This document shows positions 9,482 to 19,649 of a stretch of 56,314 nt of DNA, piece after piece (positions within the stretch are counted from its first letter, which is position 1; each line of letters opens with the position of its first letter). Both the position numbers and the translations under genes were made by a program. The notes under the pieces were generated by a model. That model did not search any database. It saw only the letters and a list, made by a program, of their open reading frames with translations, and was not told the origin of the DNA. Source of the DNA: a virus (lineage: Duplodnaviria > Caudoviricetes); the IMG/VR virus record IMGVR_UViG_3300032282_004923, positions 1 through 56,314 of that record. One strand, 5' to 3'.

Positions 9482-10540
9482 ATGAGATTTCATGTAGTAG
9501 GTCTTCCTCACGCAAATACAACCCTAGATTTCACGGCTTGCGCTTTTACTGAGAATGTTCGCAAATTCGCAATAATGATGAAATCCCTTAATCATGAGGT
9601 TTTTCTTTACGGTGGTGAATTCACCGATGCCCCCTGTGATGAGAACATCATGTGCATTTCCGAGCAGGAGCGCCTTGACTCCCTGGAAGGCAAGCATTAT
9701 TCCCTTGCGTCTTTTGACTACGCCCTGCCTCACTGGGTGAAGTTCAACAACACGGCCATTGAAGAGATGGCTAAGCGAATTCAGCCAAAAGACTTTATTT
9801 GCGTTATTGGCGGGCGGGCGCACAAAGTCATTGCTGACGCATTCCCTCAAAATATGACCGTGGAGTTTGAAGTCGGGTACGGCGGCACCTTTGCCAAGTA
9901 CAAAGTCTTTGAGTCCTACGCTTGGATGCATGTTGTTTATGGGGCGGCAGCTGGCAACCCCAACGATGTTGATGGTCAGTTTTATGACGATGTAATCCCG
10001 GGTCACGTGGACATTAAGGACTTTCCTTTCCGAGAGACTCCAGATGACTACTATCTCTTCATAGGACGACTTATAGACCGTAAGGGCTATCAGGTGGCAG
10101 TAGACGTCTGTAGGCACCTAGGAAAGCGTCTCATAGTGGCTGGACAGGGTTCTGTGCCCGATTACGGCGAGTATGTAGGGGTCGTAGGAACAGAAGAGCG
10201 AGCCAAGTTGATGGGTGGGGCGATTGCATCATTTGTGCCAACTATTTACACGGAGCCATTTGGATTAGTTGTGGCCGAAGCGATGGCGTGTGGCACTCCG
10301 GTCATCACAACCGACTGGGGCGCTTTTCCCGAAAACGTGATTCAAGGAGTTAATGGGTTTCGCTGCCGAACATTACAGGAATTCATTGACGCAGCAGTAG
10401 CTGCACCAAGCTTGGACCGTAAAGCGATTAGAGAATACGCAGTTAATCGTTTTGGCTTAGAAGCCAATGCTCTGCTGTATGAGAAGTACTTTGAAAGACT
10501 CCTGACTCTTTGGGGCAAAGGTTTCTACGAACTAAAATAG
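9482..10540 (+). CDS. GT4 (GT-B fold) glycosyltransferase
   Basis: FIGRLIDRKG and EPFGLVVAEAMACGTPVI motifs. Confidence 0.9.
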   Translation: MRFHVVGLPHANTTLDFTACAFTENVRKFAIMMKSLNHEVFLYGGEFTDAPCDENIMCISEQERLDSLEGKHYSLASFDYALPHWVKFNNTAIEEMAKRIQPKDFICVIGGRAHKVIADAFPQNMTVEFEVGYGGTFAKYKVFESYAWMHVVYGAAAGNPNDVDGQFYDDVIPGHVDIKDFPFRETPDDYYLFIGRLIDRKGYQVAVDVCRHLGKRLIVAGQGSVPDYGEYVGVVGTEERAKLMGGAIASFVPTIYTEPFGLVVAEAMACGTPVITTDWGAFPENVIQGVNGFRCRTLQEFIDAAVAAPSLDRKAIREYAVNRFGLEANALLYEKYFERLLTLWGKGFYELK

Positions 10541-10610
10541 CAAAGAAGTCATTACCGACTGCGCAAGTAGTTGTATAATATGGGAGCTACTGCTTACCAA
10601 AAGGATACAG

Positions 10611-11726
10611 ATGGCTTTACAGATATTCACACCGGGCCAGACCTTGACGGCTACACAATTAAACAACCTTCAGGCTACATCTTATAACGCAACCCAAAAG
10701 GTTGTAACGACCGTGTCTTACTCTTTGGTTTCATCCGATGTAGGCAAGACGCTTGTTTTTACAAATGCTGGAGCGATAACTGTCGCAGTTCCTGACGACC
10801 TTGCTATTACTGATGGCGACACCTTTACACTCATTCTGGGGGGCTCTGGTTCTCTTTCTTTGGCCCCAGACGTCGGTGTGGTTATTAACTCTGAAGGAGA
10901 CCTGCAGTCTCTTTCTAACCAGTGGGCAAGCATGACACTAATGCAATACGATACTAATGAATTTATCCTTGGTGGACTAACTGCAATTTCTACATCAGAA
11001 CTCATTGATGCCAGCGTTGTCGCAAGCAAAATAGCCACAGGTGCGGTAACTTCAGACAAGATTCTTGACGGTACTATTGTTAACGCAGACATAAATGCTT
11101 CTGCAGCAATTGCTTTAACCAAGACTTCTGGTACAGCAGCAAACCTAAGAACTGCCCTTGGTGGTGACCATACAGGAACTGGTGGAGCAGTTTTTGCTAC
11201 CAGCCCAACCCTGACTACTCCCGTTCTGGGTGTGGCATCTGGCACATCATTGGGTCTTTCTGGCTCCCTGACTGCAGGGTCTCTCTCTACGACCGGCAGC
11301 ACTTCATTGCAGCACGTTCTTGAAAAAACCACATACTCAACTAGCCAGGTGCCGACATCTCTAGCTATCGATGTAGTTGACGGTTGTATTTATTATTACG
11401 CCGGAACAAATTCCACTACAGCGACTATTAACTTAAATATTAGGGGAAATGCTGCAAGCTCGATTGACCTAAACTCCTTGGTAACAAGCGGTCGAGCAAT
11501 CACGGTTGCTGTTATATGGAAAAATGGCGCAGCTGCCAGAACGCACGGAACCATTTCTATAGAAGGAACAACAACTGGAGTTTCTACATTTTGGTTTGGT
11601 GGCTCATCTGCCCCTGCTGAAGCTGCCGGTTTTCACTATGTTTATACATACACGATTATGAGAACAAACTCTATAACGCCGGCAACGTATACGGTATTTG
11701 CAAGTCAAGCAAAATTTGGAGCATAA
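10611..11726 (+). CDS. Minor tail/fibre protein
   Basis: MALQIFTPGQTLTA start, VTSDKILDGTIVNADI repeats, FATSPTLTTP motif. Confidence 0.75.
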   Translation: MALQIFTPGQTLTATQLNNLQATSYNATQKVVTTVSYSLVSSDVGKTLVFTNAGAITVAVPDDLAITDGDTFTLILGGSGSLSLAPDVGVVINSEGDLQSLSNQWASMTLMQYDTNEFILGGLTAISTSELIDASVVASKIATGAVTSDKILDGTIVNADINASAAIALTKTSGTAANLRTALGGDHTGTGGAVFATSPTLTTPVLGVASGTSLGLSGSLTAGSLSTTGSTSLQHVLEKTTYSTSQVPTSLAIDVVDGCIYYYAGTNSTTATINLNIRGNAASSIDLNSLVTSGRAITVAVIWKNGAAARTHGTISIEGTTTGVSTFWFGGSSAPAEAAGFHYVYTYTIMRTNSITPATYTVFASQAKFGA

Positions 11727-14171
11727 ATGCCCATACTTGCTTCTCGTGCCGGCTTTATGTCGGGCAAGTTTGCTGCTGGTAAAGCGCCAGACGCGCCAAC
11801 AGGTGTGACTTCTGCGCGCCTTAACCAATCCCTAAATATCTCAGGTACTGCTCCAGACTTTAATGGTGGTCTTGCTATAACAGATTACGAGTACGCACTT
11901 TCCACAAATAGCGGTTCAACATATGGTTCATGGATTTCTTCAGGTTCATCTAGTTTTCCTTTTCAAATATCAAATTTAACCAACGGTCAGGCGTACTACG
12001 TAAAAATTCGCGGAGTCAATGCCCTTGGTGGTGGAAACGAGTTTGGCCCGATAACTACGGGGACTACACCTTCGACCGTTCCTTCTGCTCCGACTAACGT
12101 ATCTGGAACAAACTATGCAGATTCTCGGTCTATAGTTTCATGGACCGCACCTGCAGACAACGGAGCAGCGATTACAGGTTACAAAGTTGAATATGCCGTG
12201 AGTCCATATTCTAGTTGGACAACTTTTAACGCCGACACGGGCAATACTGCCACTTCAATTACAGTTACTTCATTAAATAACGGAACTTATTACAAATTCA
12301 GAATTTCAGCAATTAACGCTGCTGGAACTGGTTCTACTGGAACTTCAGTAAGCGCCTTCCTTCCTGCAGTAATACCTGGGGTACCAACCAGCCCGAGCAT
12401 AAGCTCTGGTAGCGGCTCGATTACCATACAGTGGGGTGCTCCTGTATCGGACGGCGGCGCTCCTCCTGTTTCATACACTGTTGAAACTCAAAGAGAAAGC
12501 GACGCTTTTGTAGACAGAGGAACTCAAACGAGCCCGTATGCTATAAATGGTCTTTCAAACGGCTCGACCTACAGAGCGCGAATAACTGCAAACACGGTAG
12601 TTGGTTCTAGCGCGACAAAAGCTTTAACAGGAGACGCTATTCCTGGTAACACTCCAGACGCTCCGGGAACACCTACAGCAACACCATGTCAAAATACGCA
12701 GTCTGCACTTTCATGGACAGCAGCAGCCCCCAATGGTTCTGCTGTTACGGATTATGTAGTTGAGTATTCAACTTCGGCAACATTTATTGGAGGTGGAACG
12801 GTATTTGCTGACGGAACCTCTGCTTCAACTAGTGCAACAGTAACTGGTCTTAACAACGGAACCCCATATTACTTCCGAGTTGCAGCAGTAAATGCAATAG
12901 GAACTGGTCCATATTCGGGAATATCTACAGCAATAACTCCAGCAACAGTTCCTAGTGCTCCGACAAGCGTGCAGGCTACATCCCATACAAACGGAGAATC
13001 TTCTGTGTCTTGGGTTGCACCGAGCGGAGCCGGAACTGGCGGTAATGGACCTCCGTTTACATACACAGTTCAGTACTCAACTTCATCAACGTTTGCTTCT
13101 GCTGTTACCACTGTAAGCCCAACTTCAACGTCATCGCCAAAAGTAGTAAACGGCCTTACTAATGGAACTACTTATTACTTCAGAGTAAAAGCAACAAACT
13201 GTGCTGGAGATAGTTCATACTCTACAATTTCTGCAGGTGCCGTTCCTTCTACTGTTCCAAACGCTCCTGCGACTCCGACTGTTACCGCACTAGACGCCGG
13301 AGACACAATCAACTGGACAGCACCCGCTACCGGTGGTCGTGCAATTACGGCATATTATTACAAGGTAAGCACTAACGACGGACCATATGGCGCTGAAGTG
13401 CCAGTTGCTGCCAATGTTTTTTCTTTTGCTACATTAAACCAATACAGCGCGGATACCAAAAAAATTCAGGTACGTGCAGAGAACGCAAACGGAAGCAGTG
13501 GTTTCAGTACCGTTTCAGCCAATACTGTAGCGTGGGCTCAAAGTAGCGGCCAGGTTCAGAACAACCCCACCCCTTGTCCTGCTCCAACCTGTGCTGATTG
13601 TCCTGAACCAACCTGTGCTGCGTGTAATAATGCCCCAGACTGTTCCGGGGGTTGCCCGTGCGACTGCGGTACCGCTTCAAGAACAGCCTCGTCGGGAACA
13701 AGAGGAGCATCCATTATTGGAACAAGAGGGGCTCCAACTCTTGGAACAAGTACTAGAACTTGCTACAGGTGGGAAAGACCCGCAGCCGGAAGTACTGCAT
13801 CTGGTTATGTCTATGCTCAAAACAGCACTTCTGGTTGTGGTGACTACTCCACATGTACTGCCTCAACGTGTGGAGCCTGTTCAGCCGGAACATGCGGTGA
13901 TTGTTCGGCTGGAACATGCTCGGCTTGCTCGGCTTGCAGCGGCACAAGAACAAACGATACTGTAGACTTTGTTGGCCCGAATGGTTATACTTACTACTAC
14001 GATGGCGTTCCTGGAAACTTTGTGGCATTTATTGGTTACCCAGACGGGTCAGGTGGATGTGATGCTTGTCCGCCAGGCCAATTCCGCGTTGCTTACTATA
14101 ATGTAACAACGTGTCTTGGGGAACGTAGAATTATCGCAACAAACTGCAATACCTGTCAAGATTTTGGTTAA
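11727..14171 (+). CDS. Fibronectin type III repeat virion protein with Cys-rich C-terminus
   Basis: About six FN3-like repeats then a CxxC-rich tail; paralog of 7834..9255. Confidence 0.85.
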   Translation: MPILASRAGFMSGKFAAGKAPDAPTGVTSARLNQSLNISGTAPDFNGGLAITDYEYALSTNSGSTYGSWISSGSSSFPFQISNLTNGQAYYVKIRGVNALGGGNEFGPITTGTTPSTVPSAPTNVSGTNYADSRSIVSWTAPADNGAAITGYKVEYAVSPYSSWTTFNADTGNTATSITVTSLNNGTYYKFRISAINAAGTGSTGTSVSAFLPAVIPGVPTSPSISSGSGSITIQWGAPVSDGGAPPVSYTVETQRESDAFVDRGTQTSPYAINGLSNGSTYRARITANTVVGSSATKALTGDAIPGNTPDAPGTPTATPCQNTQSALSWTAAAPNGSAVTDYVVEYSTSATFIGGGTVFADGTSASTSATVTGLNNGTPYYFRVAAVNAIGTGPYSGISTAITPATVPSAPTSVQATSHTNGESSVSWVAPSGAGTGGNGPPFTYTVQYSTSSTFASAVTTVSPTSTSSPKVVNGLTNGTTYYFRVKATNCAGDSSYSTISAGAVPSTVPNAPATPTVTALDAGDTINWTAPATGGRAITAYYYKVSTNDGPYGAEVPVAANVFSFATLNQYSADTKKIQVRAENANGSSGFSTVSANTVAWAQSSGQVQNNPTPCPAPTCADCPEPTCAACNNAPDCSGGCPCDCGTASRTASSGTRGASIIGTRGAPTLGTSTRTCYRWERPAAGSTASGYVYAQNSTSGCGDYSTCTASTCGACSAGTCGDCSAGTCSACSACSGTRTNDTVDFVGPNGYTYYYDGVPGNFVAFIGYPDGSGGCDACPPGQFRVAYYNVTTCLGERRIIATNCNTCQDFG

Positions 14172-14180
14172 GGAAAATTT

Positions 14181-14384
14181 ATGGACAATATAACAATAAA
14201 ATTTTTAGTTGTAGAAGCAGATGGTGAAGCAGTGTTGCGATTTCCTATTGCATCAACACCAACTGATTTAAATTTTGAAATGATGGAAGCAGTGCTTGCG
14301 TCTAATCCGGTTCTTCGCCTGGTTGACTCTGTTCAAGTTGGCGACATTTGGGATGGACAGAACTTCGTAACTCCTGTAGGGTAG
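14181..14384 (+). CDS. Small acidic protein, paralog of 9274..9477
   Basis: VGDIWDGQNF motif. Confidence 0.8.
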   Translation: MDNITIKFLVVEADGEAVLRFPIASTPTDLNFEMMEAVLASNPVLRLVDSVQVGDIWDGQNFVTPVG

Positions 14385-14388
14385 CAAC

Positions 14389-14634
14389 ATGGAAACTCCT
14401 TGGCAAAAATGGAAGCGCGAAAACGCTGAAAGACAACAATCCGGCAAAGTATCCCCTTTGGACTTTGTTAATCCGGACACAGAATATGCATCTGCTGAAG
14501 AAATACAAAGCAGAATGGAACTCTGTGAAGGCTGCGAACACTACCTTGCAACAAAACAATGTTCACAATGTGGCTGTTTTATGCCTTTAAAGACAAAACT
14601 ACTTCATGCGGTGTGTCCAGTAAATAAGTGGTAA
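14389..14634 (+). CDS. Small Cys-rich protein (DUF6171-like)
   Basis: RMELCEGC...CSQCGCFM.LKT....CPVNKW. Confidence 0.75.
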   Translation: METPWQKWKRENAERQQSGKVSPLDFVNPDTEYASAEEIQSRMELCEGCEHYLATKQCSQCGCFMPLKTKLLHAVCPVNKW

Positions 14635-14690
14635 TAAACTATTAGCTAACGCCTGCTAAAATGGTCTATAGACTATTTGAGGGCAGGGAA

Positions 14691-17600
14691 ATGCGCATTA
14701 GATTAAGAAAAGGCTCGTGGATTATTATTCCAGCCCTTCTGGTTTCATTCTTTGCTCCTCCATTATCTCGCTCTGAGGCATCAACAGTTATAACAAACGG
14801 TGGGTTCGACGGTTCTAACGGCTGGACAATAGTCCAAAACGGTGGAAGTGGGATGGTCTTCAACGGAGCCCTTAGGTTTTCTTATGCAACTGGAGAAGTG
14901 AGTCAATCCTTTACAGTAAACCCAGGAGACACGGTGGAGGTTTTGTTTACTGTGGACAACTCCTCAACCAATAGTGTAGGTAGGGGGGCAATATCCGATA
15001 CATGGAATGCATCCCTGATATCCGGAAACGCTTCAGCAACTACCGGAAGAACGGTTGCCCACAACCAAGAAGCGTTCACCTTGTCGTTGGTTGTCCCATC
15101 TGGCGTATCTTCTGCAACCCTGGACTTCAGCGGGATGGATAATGGTTACTGGGCTGGAGTCTATGGACCCATAATCGACAGTGTTTCAGCCAACATAACG
15201 CCAGCACCCTTTGTTGCGACAGGATACCCAGCAGACCAACAGTGGGAAGCTGTCACTTACGGCGCTGGAAAGTTTGTGGCTGTTGCTTCTTCTGGTGACG
15301 GCAACCGTGTCATGACTTCAACAAATGGTAATTATTGGACCTCAAGAACGTCTGCCTCAAATAGTAACTGGCAGGGAATTACGTATGCAGATAACCAGTT
15401 TGTTGCAGTTGGCTCAAATGCCGTAATGACCTCGCCTGATGGAATTACATGGACATCAAGAACTGCACCAAATGGCGAGTGGCAGGCAATCACAAACTGC
15501 GGTGGTCTTTATGTCGCTACTGCAACATGGGGTAGTAATTACATCATGTCCTCAACGAACGGAATTGATTGGACCGTTCGAACCCCTTCTACAGCATGGT
15601 CACATGATGCAGTTGCTTGTAGCGCAGAAGTCCCACGGTTTGTTTCTGTGTCAATGTACGGAAGGGGTTGGTCTTCCGCTAATGGAACAACTCTTTGGTC
15701 AACACAAAACCCTGGTGCGATAGTCGACATCCGAACAGTTGCGTTTGGCAACGGACGTTTCTCGTGGCTTGAATACAGCACAAATTCAGGAAATAGATAC
15801 GGTGCGTACTCCACTAACGGAGTTAACTGGACCAACACCGCAAGTGCTCCAGCCAACCAGTGGAAATATATAACATATGGTGGAAACAAGTTTATTGCCG
15901 TAGCAGAAGGTGGAGTAAATTCTCGCTCTGCTTATTCAACCGATGGTGCAAACTGGACGCTTGGTTCTGGCGTACCAAACAACTCATGGCAAGGTGTTGC
16001 TTATGGGGCGGGAAAATACGTTGCTGTAGCAAACTCTGGCACAGGAAACAGAGTAATGACCTCCACTAATGGGCAGTCATGGGAAAGCCTTTCTGTTAGT
16101 TACCTTAACCCGGTGCAAAATTTAACTGCGACAGCAAACAATGACGGAAGCGTAAGTCTTGATTGGGATGCTCCAGAGGCAAGCAACACTGAAATATACG
16201 GATACTCAATCAACTTTGTTGACTACGACAATGGTGTTGAGCGTGGTGGATGGGGTATCTGGACAGTTGCTGCGAATACGTCTTATTTACTTAATGATTA
16301 CATGTTTACTGGAAGCAACCCGGTTACTACTGGGTACGGCCCTGTCCGTTTCAAGGTTTACGCAATGACCGGTCCGTGCGCAGGTGTTGGAAGTGGTTCA
16401 TGTATGTATGGCCCAAGCACGAGCGCAGATGCAGATGTTGTTGAACCTGTTTCATCTACAACTACTAGTAGTACTAGTACCACCAGTACATCAATAGTGC
16501 CCACAACGACCACAAGCACAACAATAGTTTCACCTGTTAATAATACAACAACTACTGAACCAGAAGTTGTCCCCCCTCCTATTGAGACGATTCCAACAGA
16601 TAACACCACTGTTTCAATTCCAGAAACAGAAACACCAATCTCACCAACTACAACAACCGTTATTGAAAAAATATTTGACCCAGTGGAGGTAACCCCAGTT
16701 GAAGCACCCGCGAGCGAAGGTGAAACCGAAGACAATGGACCCGCCGCCTCGGTACCACAATATGCCCCAGAACAAGAGACAACAACACAAACGGACGAAC
16801 CAGCGATAGAGGTACCAAAAGAAACTCAAGACGCAGCCGACGCTGCAGTTGCAGATATTTTTGACGCTCCTATATCTGATGCAAAACTTGCAGATGCTGT
16901 CGACGGCCTTATTGCCGATGCTGGCACACCAGAAGAACTTACTGCTGTAGTCAACTCTCTTCTTGACCAAGAACTAACAGACACCCAGTTTGCAACAGTT
17001 ATTGATTCGGTTTTTTCTGAGCCTTTATCTGATGAGAACTTTGCTGCTGCAGTAGATGCGGTATTTGCCGACACTTCTACATTGAGCAATGAACAGTTTG
17101 ACACTGCAGTTCAGGCAGTGTTTGATGGGCCTTTGTCAACCGAGCAATTCAGCGCTGCTCTTGATGCGGTTTTTGATGAGCCAATATCTGATGAAAAGTT
17201 TGATGCCATTATCAATGCTGTTTTGGACGAGCCACTTTCGGATGAGCAGTTTACAGAACTGGTAAATGTCTTGGAATCAGAGACAGTTACCGAAGAGCAA
17301 GTATCTGCCGCTGTTGATTCGGTTATTGAAAACGGTGTTACAGAAGACCAAGCAACAGAACTTGCTACTAGCGCAAAGGTTTTGCAGAGCATTGACGGAG
17401 AACAGGCAACAGAAATCTTTGATGCTGTGGATATATCAAACGTAACACCAGAAGAAGCTGCGGCTCTGGTTGCAGCGGTTCAAGATGCTCCTATTGAAGT
17501 CAGAGAAGCACTGGAATCGGAAATTAACGTATTCGATGGAGCCATCGATACGTATGTTCCACTTGGTTCTGCTGTTGACGTAGGCGTACGTCGCGTGATA

Positions 17601-17738
17601 ATAGCAGCTACTGCTGTATTATCTATTACGGCAGTACCTACTGCTCCTCCTGCCGGTCCTTCCGGTGGTGGTTCTGGTGGTGGTTCTGACGGTGGCACAG
17701 ATGGAAACCCTAGCGATAGCAGAAGAAGGCGCAAATGA
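14691..17738 (+). CDS. Large secreted/membrane-anchored multidomain protein (propeller-like repeats, FN3, Thr stalk, acidic repeats)
   Basis: Signal-peptide-like N-terminus, W..V.YG.GKFVAV/S.DG..W repeats, T-rich linker, C-terminal hydrophobic helix; alternative start 14661. Confidence 0.75.
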   Translation: MRIRLRKGSWIIIPALLVSFFAPPLSRSEASTVITNGGFDGSNGWTIVQNGGSGMVFNGALRFSYATGEVSQSFTVNPGDTVEVLFTVDNSSTNSVGRGAISDTWNASLISGNASATTGRTVAHNQEAFTLSLVVPSGVSSATLDFSGMDNGYWAGVYGPIIDSVSANITPAPFVATGYPADQQWEAVTYGAGKFVAVASSGDGNRVMTSTNGNYWTSRTSASNSNWQGITYADNQFVAVGSNAVMTSPDGITWTSRTAPNGEWQAITNCGGLYVATATWGSNYIMSSTNGIDWTVRTPSTAWSHDAVACSAEVPRFVSVSMYGRGWSSANGTTLWSTQNPGAIVDIRTVAFGNGRFSWLEYSTNSGNRYGAYSTNGVNWTNTASAPANQWKYITYGGNKFIAVAEGGVNSRSAYSTDGANWTLGSGVPNNSWQGVAYGAGKYVAVANSGTGNRVMTSTNGQSWESLSVSYLNPVQNLTATANNDGSVSLDWDAPEASNTEIYGYSINFVDYDNGVERGGWGIWTVAANTSYLLNDYMFTGSNPVTTGYGPVRFKVYAMTGPCAGVGSGSCMYGPSTSADADVVEPVSSTTTSSTSTTSTSIVPTTTTSTTIVSPVNNTTTTEPEVVPPPIETIPTDNTTVSIPETETPISPTTTTVIEKIFDPVEVTPVEAPASEGETEDNGPAASVPQYAPEQETTTQTDEPAIEVPKETQDAADAAVADIFDAPISDAKLADAVDGLIADAGTPEELTAVVNSLLDQELTDTQFATVIDSVFSEPLSDENFAAAVDAVFADTSTLSNEQFDTAVQAVFDGPLSTEQFSAALDAVFDEPISDEKFDAIINAVLDEPLSDEQFTELVNVLESETVTEEQVSAAVDSVIENGVTEDQATELATSAKVLQSIDGEQATEIFDAVDISNVTPEEAAALVAAVQDAPIEVREALESEINVFDGAIDTYVPLGSAVDVGVRRVIIAATAVLSITAVPTAPPAGPSGGGSGGGSDGGTDGNPSDSRRRRK

Positions 17739-17926
17739 ATCTCGTAAAGACAATAATCAGAAAATTAGCCAATGAGGTTCATGCACTTGCGTGGACTCTT
17801 GCTGGTGCCATAACGGTGCTAATCACACTATCGGGCAAAACACAAGTGCAAGGCTTGCAGATTACTGTTGCAGCTCTAGTAATTCACCTCATTGGTGTGC
17901 TTCTTAGAAAAGACAACAAAGAGTAG
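17735..17926 (+). CDS. Small two-TM membrane protein
   Basis: Two hydrophobic helices, ATGA overlap. Confidence 0.7.
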   Translation: MNLVKTIIRKLANEVHALAWTLAGAITVLITLSGKTQVQGLQITVAALVIHLIGVLLRKDNKE

Positions 17927-18006
17927 GCCTTTACCTATAGACCTACTTGTAGTGTTGTAAAATATAGCTACCCCCAAAGTAGGGCTCTTCTATAAAAGGA
18001 CAACCA

Positions 18007-18525
18007 ATGGCTCGTAAGTACACTGGCAATACAGACGGAAATTCTGGCAAAGCACTCCCAGGAACCCAAAAACTCCTAGAACTCTGTGGGAAAAGATGGG
18101 GTTTTACGAACCTGGGGATTTGGGCCAATCGGTCGATGAAAAATCCTAAGGCAATTCCTGGCGACCCAAAGTGGCTGAGCGTTCACGCAACTGGCCGCGC
18201 AGTTGATATGGGCTACACAGACCGTAAGAAGGCCGTAGAGGCATGGAACTGGTTCCTTGCTAACACTGCTGCGCTCGGCATTGAAGAGATGCACGACTAC
18301 GCGTTTGACAAAGACAAAGCCGACAAAGAGGCTGGCTGGGGACGCGGATATAGATGTTCTCGTGGTGAAGGCTCAGACCCTAAATCGGTTAAGGTTTATG
18401 ATGAAAATGATAACGCTGGCTCGCAGGGCGGGCATTGGCTGCACGTAGAGCTTTCTCCAGAAATGGCTAAAGACGCTGCAAAATTTGAAGCTGCATGGCG
18501 CGCCCTTCCTAAGCCTGGTGCATAG
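18007..18525 (+). CDS. Putative endolysin, M15/LAS-type Zn peptidase
   Basis: SVHATGRAVD and WLHVE metal-binding motifs; followed by membrane proteins. Confidence 0.65.
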   Translation: MARKYTGNTDGNSGKALPGTQKLLELCGKRWGFTNLGIWANRSMKNPKAIPGDPKWLSVHATGRAVDMGYTDRKKAVEAWNWFLANTAALGIEEMHDYAFDKDKADKEAGWGRGYRCSRGEGSDPKSVKVYDENDNAGSQGGHWLHVELSPEMAKDAAKFEAAWRALPKPGA

Positions 18526-18528
18526 TTC

Positions 18529-18756
18529 ATGGAAGCAATTACAGTTGCTCTCATCACGGTTGTCGGTGCCGTACTAGTTGCCCTTGTTGAAAAAGGACGA
18601 CGCGAAAACAAATCTGACCATGGAGTTGTTTCAGAAAAGCTTGACATTATGGGCAAAAGTCTTGGAAGGTCTATTGACCGCGTTGAAGAGACTGTTGTTC
18701 GCAACGAAGTAAAGCTTGACCAACATATTCGTGACCATGTAAAGGGAGATGCCTGA
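18529..18756 (+). CDS. Membrane protein with coiled coil (lysis-associated)
   Basis: N-terminal TM helix, ends LDQHIRDH. Confidence 0.65.
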   Translation: MEAITVALITVVGAVLVALVEKGRRENKSDHGVVSEKLDIMGKSLGRSIDRVEETVVRNEVKLDQHIRDHVKGDA

Positions 18757-18983
18757 TGGCCGGCAAGAAACCAGCAAAAGCCATGGCTGGTCAAACTAAG
18801 CAGGCAGCAAAAGACCCTGCTGTTTACGGACAGCAGACGATGTTCTGGGGGTTGAAACTATCTCCTTCTATTTGCCCAATGTGTGCAAGAAAAACGGTGC
18901 GCGGAATGGTTCGCGTAAAGCAAGATAAAATTTACTGTTCAGAAACATGCGCAGTAGCAAGTACTCCGGTGGAGGCGGTATGA
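18756..18983 (+). CDS. Small Zn-finger-like protein
   Basis: CPMC...YCSETC. Confidence 0.6.
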   Translation: MAGKKPAKAMAGQTKQAAKDPAVYGQQTMFWGLKLSPSICPMCARKTVRGMVRVKQDKIYCSETCAVASTPVEAV

Positions 18984-19243
18984 AAACCTTATTCTCACTA
19001 ATGGGCAGAATTGCTGCAGTTTTTGGCTCAAATGCACTGGCTGCAGTTGCCGGTGGTGCGGTATTCGGTGTTGAACTCTGGAAGAGCGCAGCTATTGCTG
19101 GTGTAATGGCGGCTGCAAAGGTCTCAGAGGCTCTCCTGCGCGCGTACGCAGACGATGGTGTTGTTGATAAAGAAGAAATATCGGCAGCTTTTGGCGGAAA
19201 CAACAAAGCGACTATACGCAAAAAAGCAGCTATAGCTCAGTGA
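18980..19243 (+). CDS. Putative holin
   Basis: GGAGG RBS, two TM helices, EF-hand-like DDGVVDKEE tail. Confidence 0.55.
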   Translation: MKTLFSLMGRIAAVFGSNALAAVAGGAVFGVELWKSAAIAGVMAAAKVSEALLRAYADDGVVDKEEISAAFGGNNKATIRKKAAIAQ

Positions 19244-19319
19244 TATAATTGAGTAGGAGCGGGCTGTCAAGGGGATGCTCCTAATTATTTAAATTTAGCC
19301 AATCGAGTAGTCTGTACAC

Positions 19320-19649
19320 ATGGAACAAGAACTCAAATGGAACAAAGATGGACACACCATCACATTCCTTCTCGAAAAAGGCAACTTGGTAATAACGGGA
19401 ATACATTGCCCGACCACCGAAGAGTGCACCATGAAAGATGGCAATTGCGTCTTTAGGGCATTCATTCAAATCTATGGGATTGAATGCAATGTAGGAGTAG
19501 TAGAGATAGCCCCAACTTTGGAATTTGCTTGGGCACTAATGGGAGATACAGAAGACCCGATTAATGATGGTCAGCTTTGGATTATCCCTGTAGACGATGA
19601 AATCTTTAAAGCTTGGGCAGAAGCTCAGAATGGGTCTGGCTCTTCTTGA
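19320..19649 (+). CDS. Hypothetical protein
   Basis: 109 aa ORF. Confidence 0.65.
   Translation: MEQELKWNKDGHTITFLLEKGNLVITGIHCPTTEECTMKDGNCVFRAFIQIYGIECNVGVVEIAPTLEFAWALMGDTEDPINDGQLWIIPVDDEIFKAWAEAQNGSGSS

Noticed and set aside
7834-14384. Diversity-generating retroelement (TR/VR pair)
   Set aside because: Both copies are coding, differences do not look adenine-specific, and no reverse transcriptase is in the window.
74-17734. Many antisense and alternate-frame ORFs over the fibre genes
   Set aside because: Shadows of low-complexity Gly/Thr/Ser-rich coding sequence.
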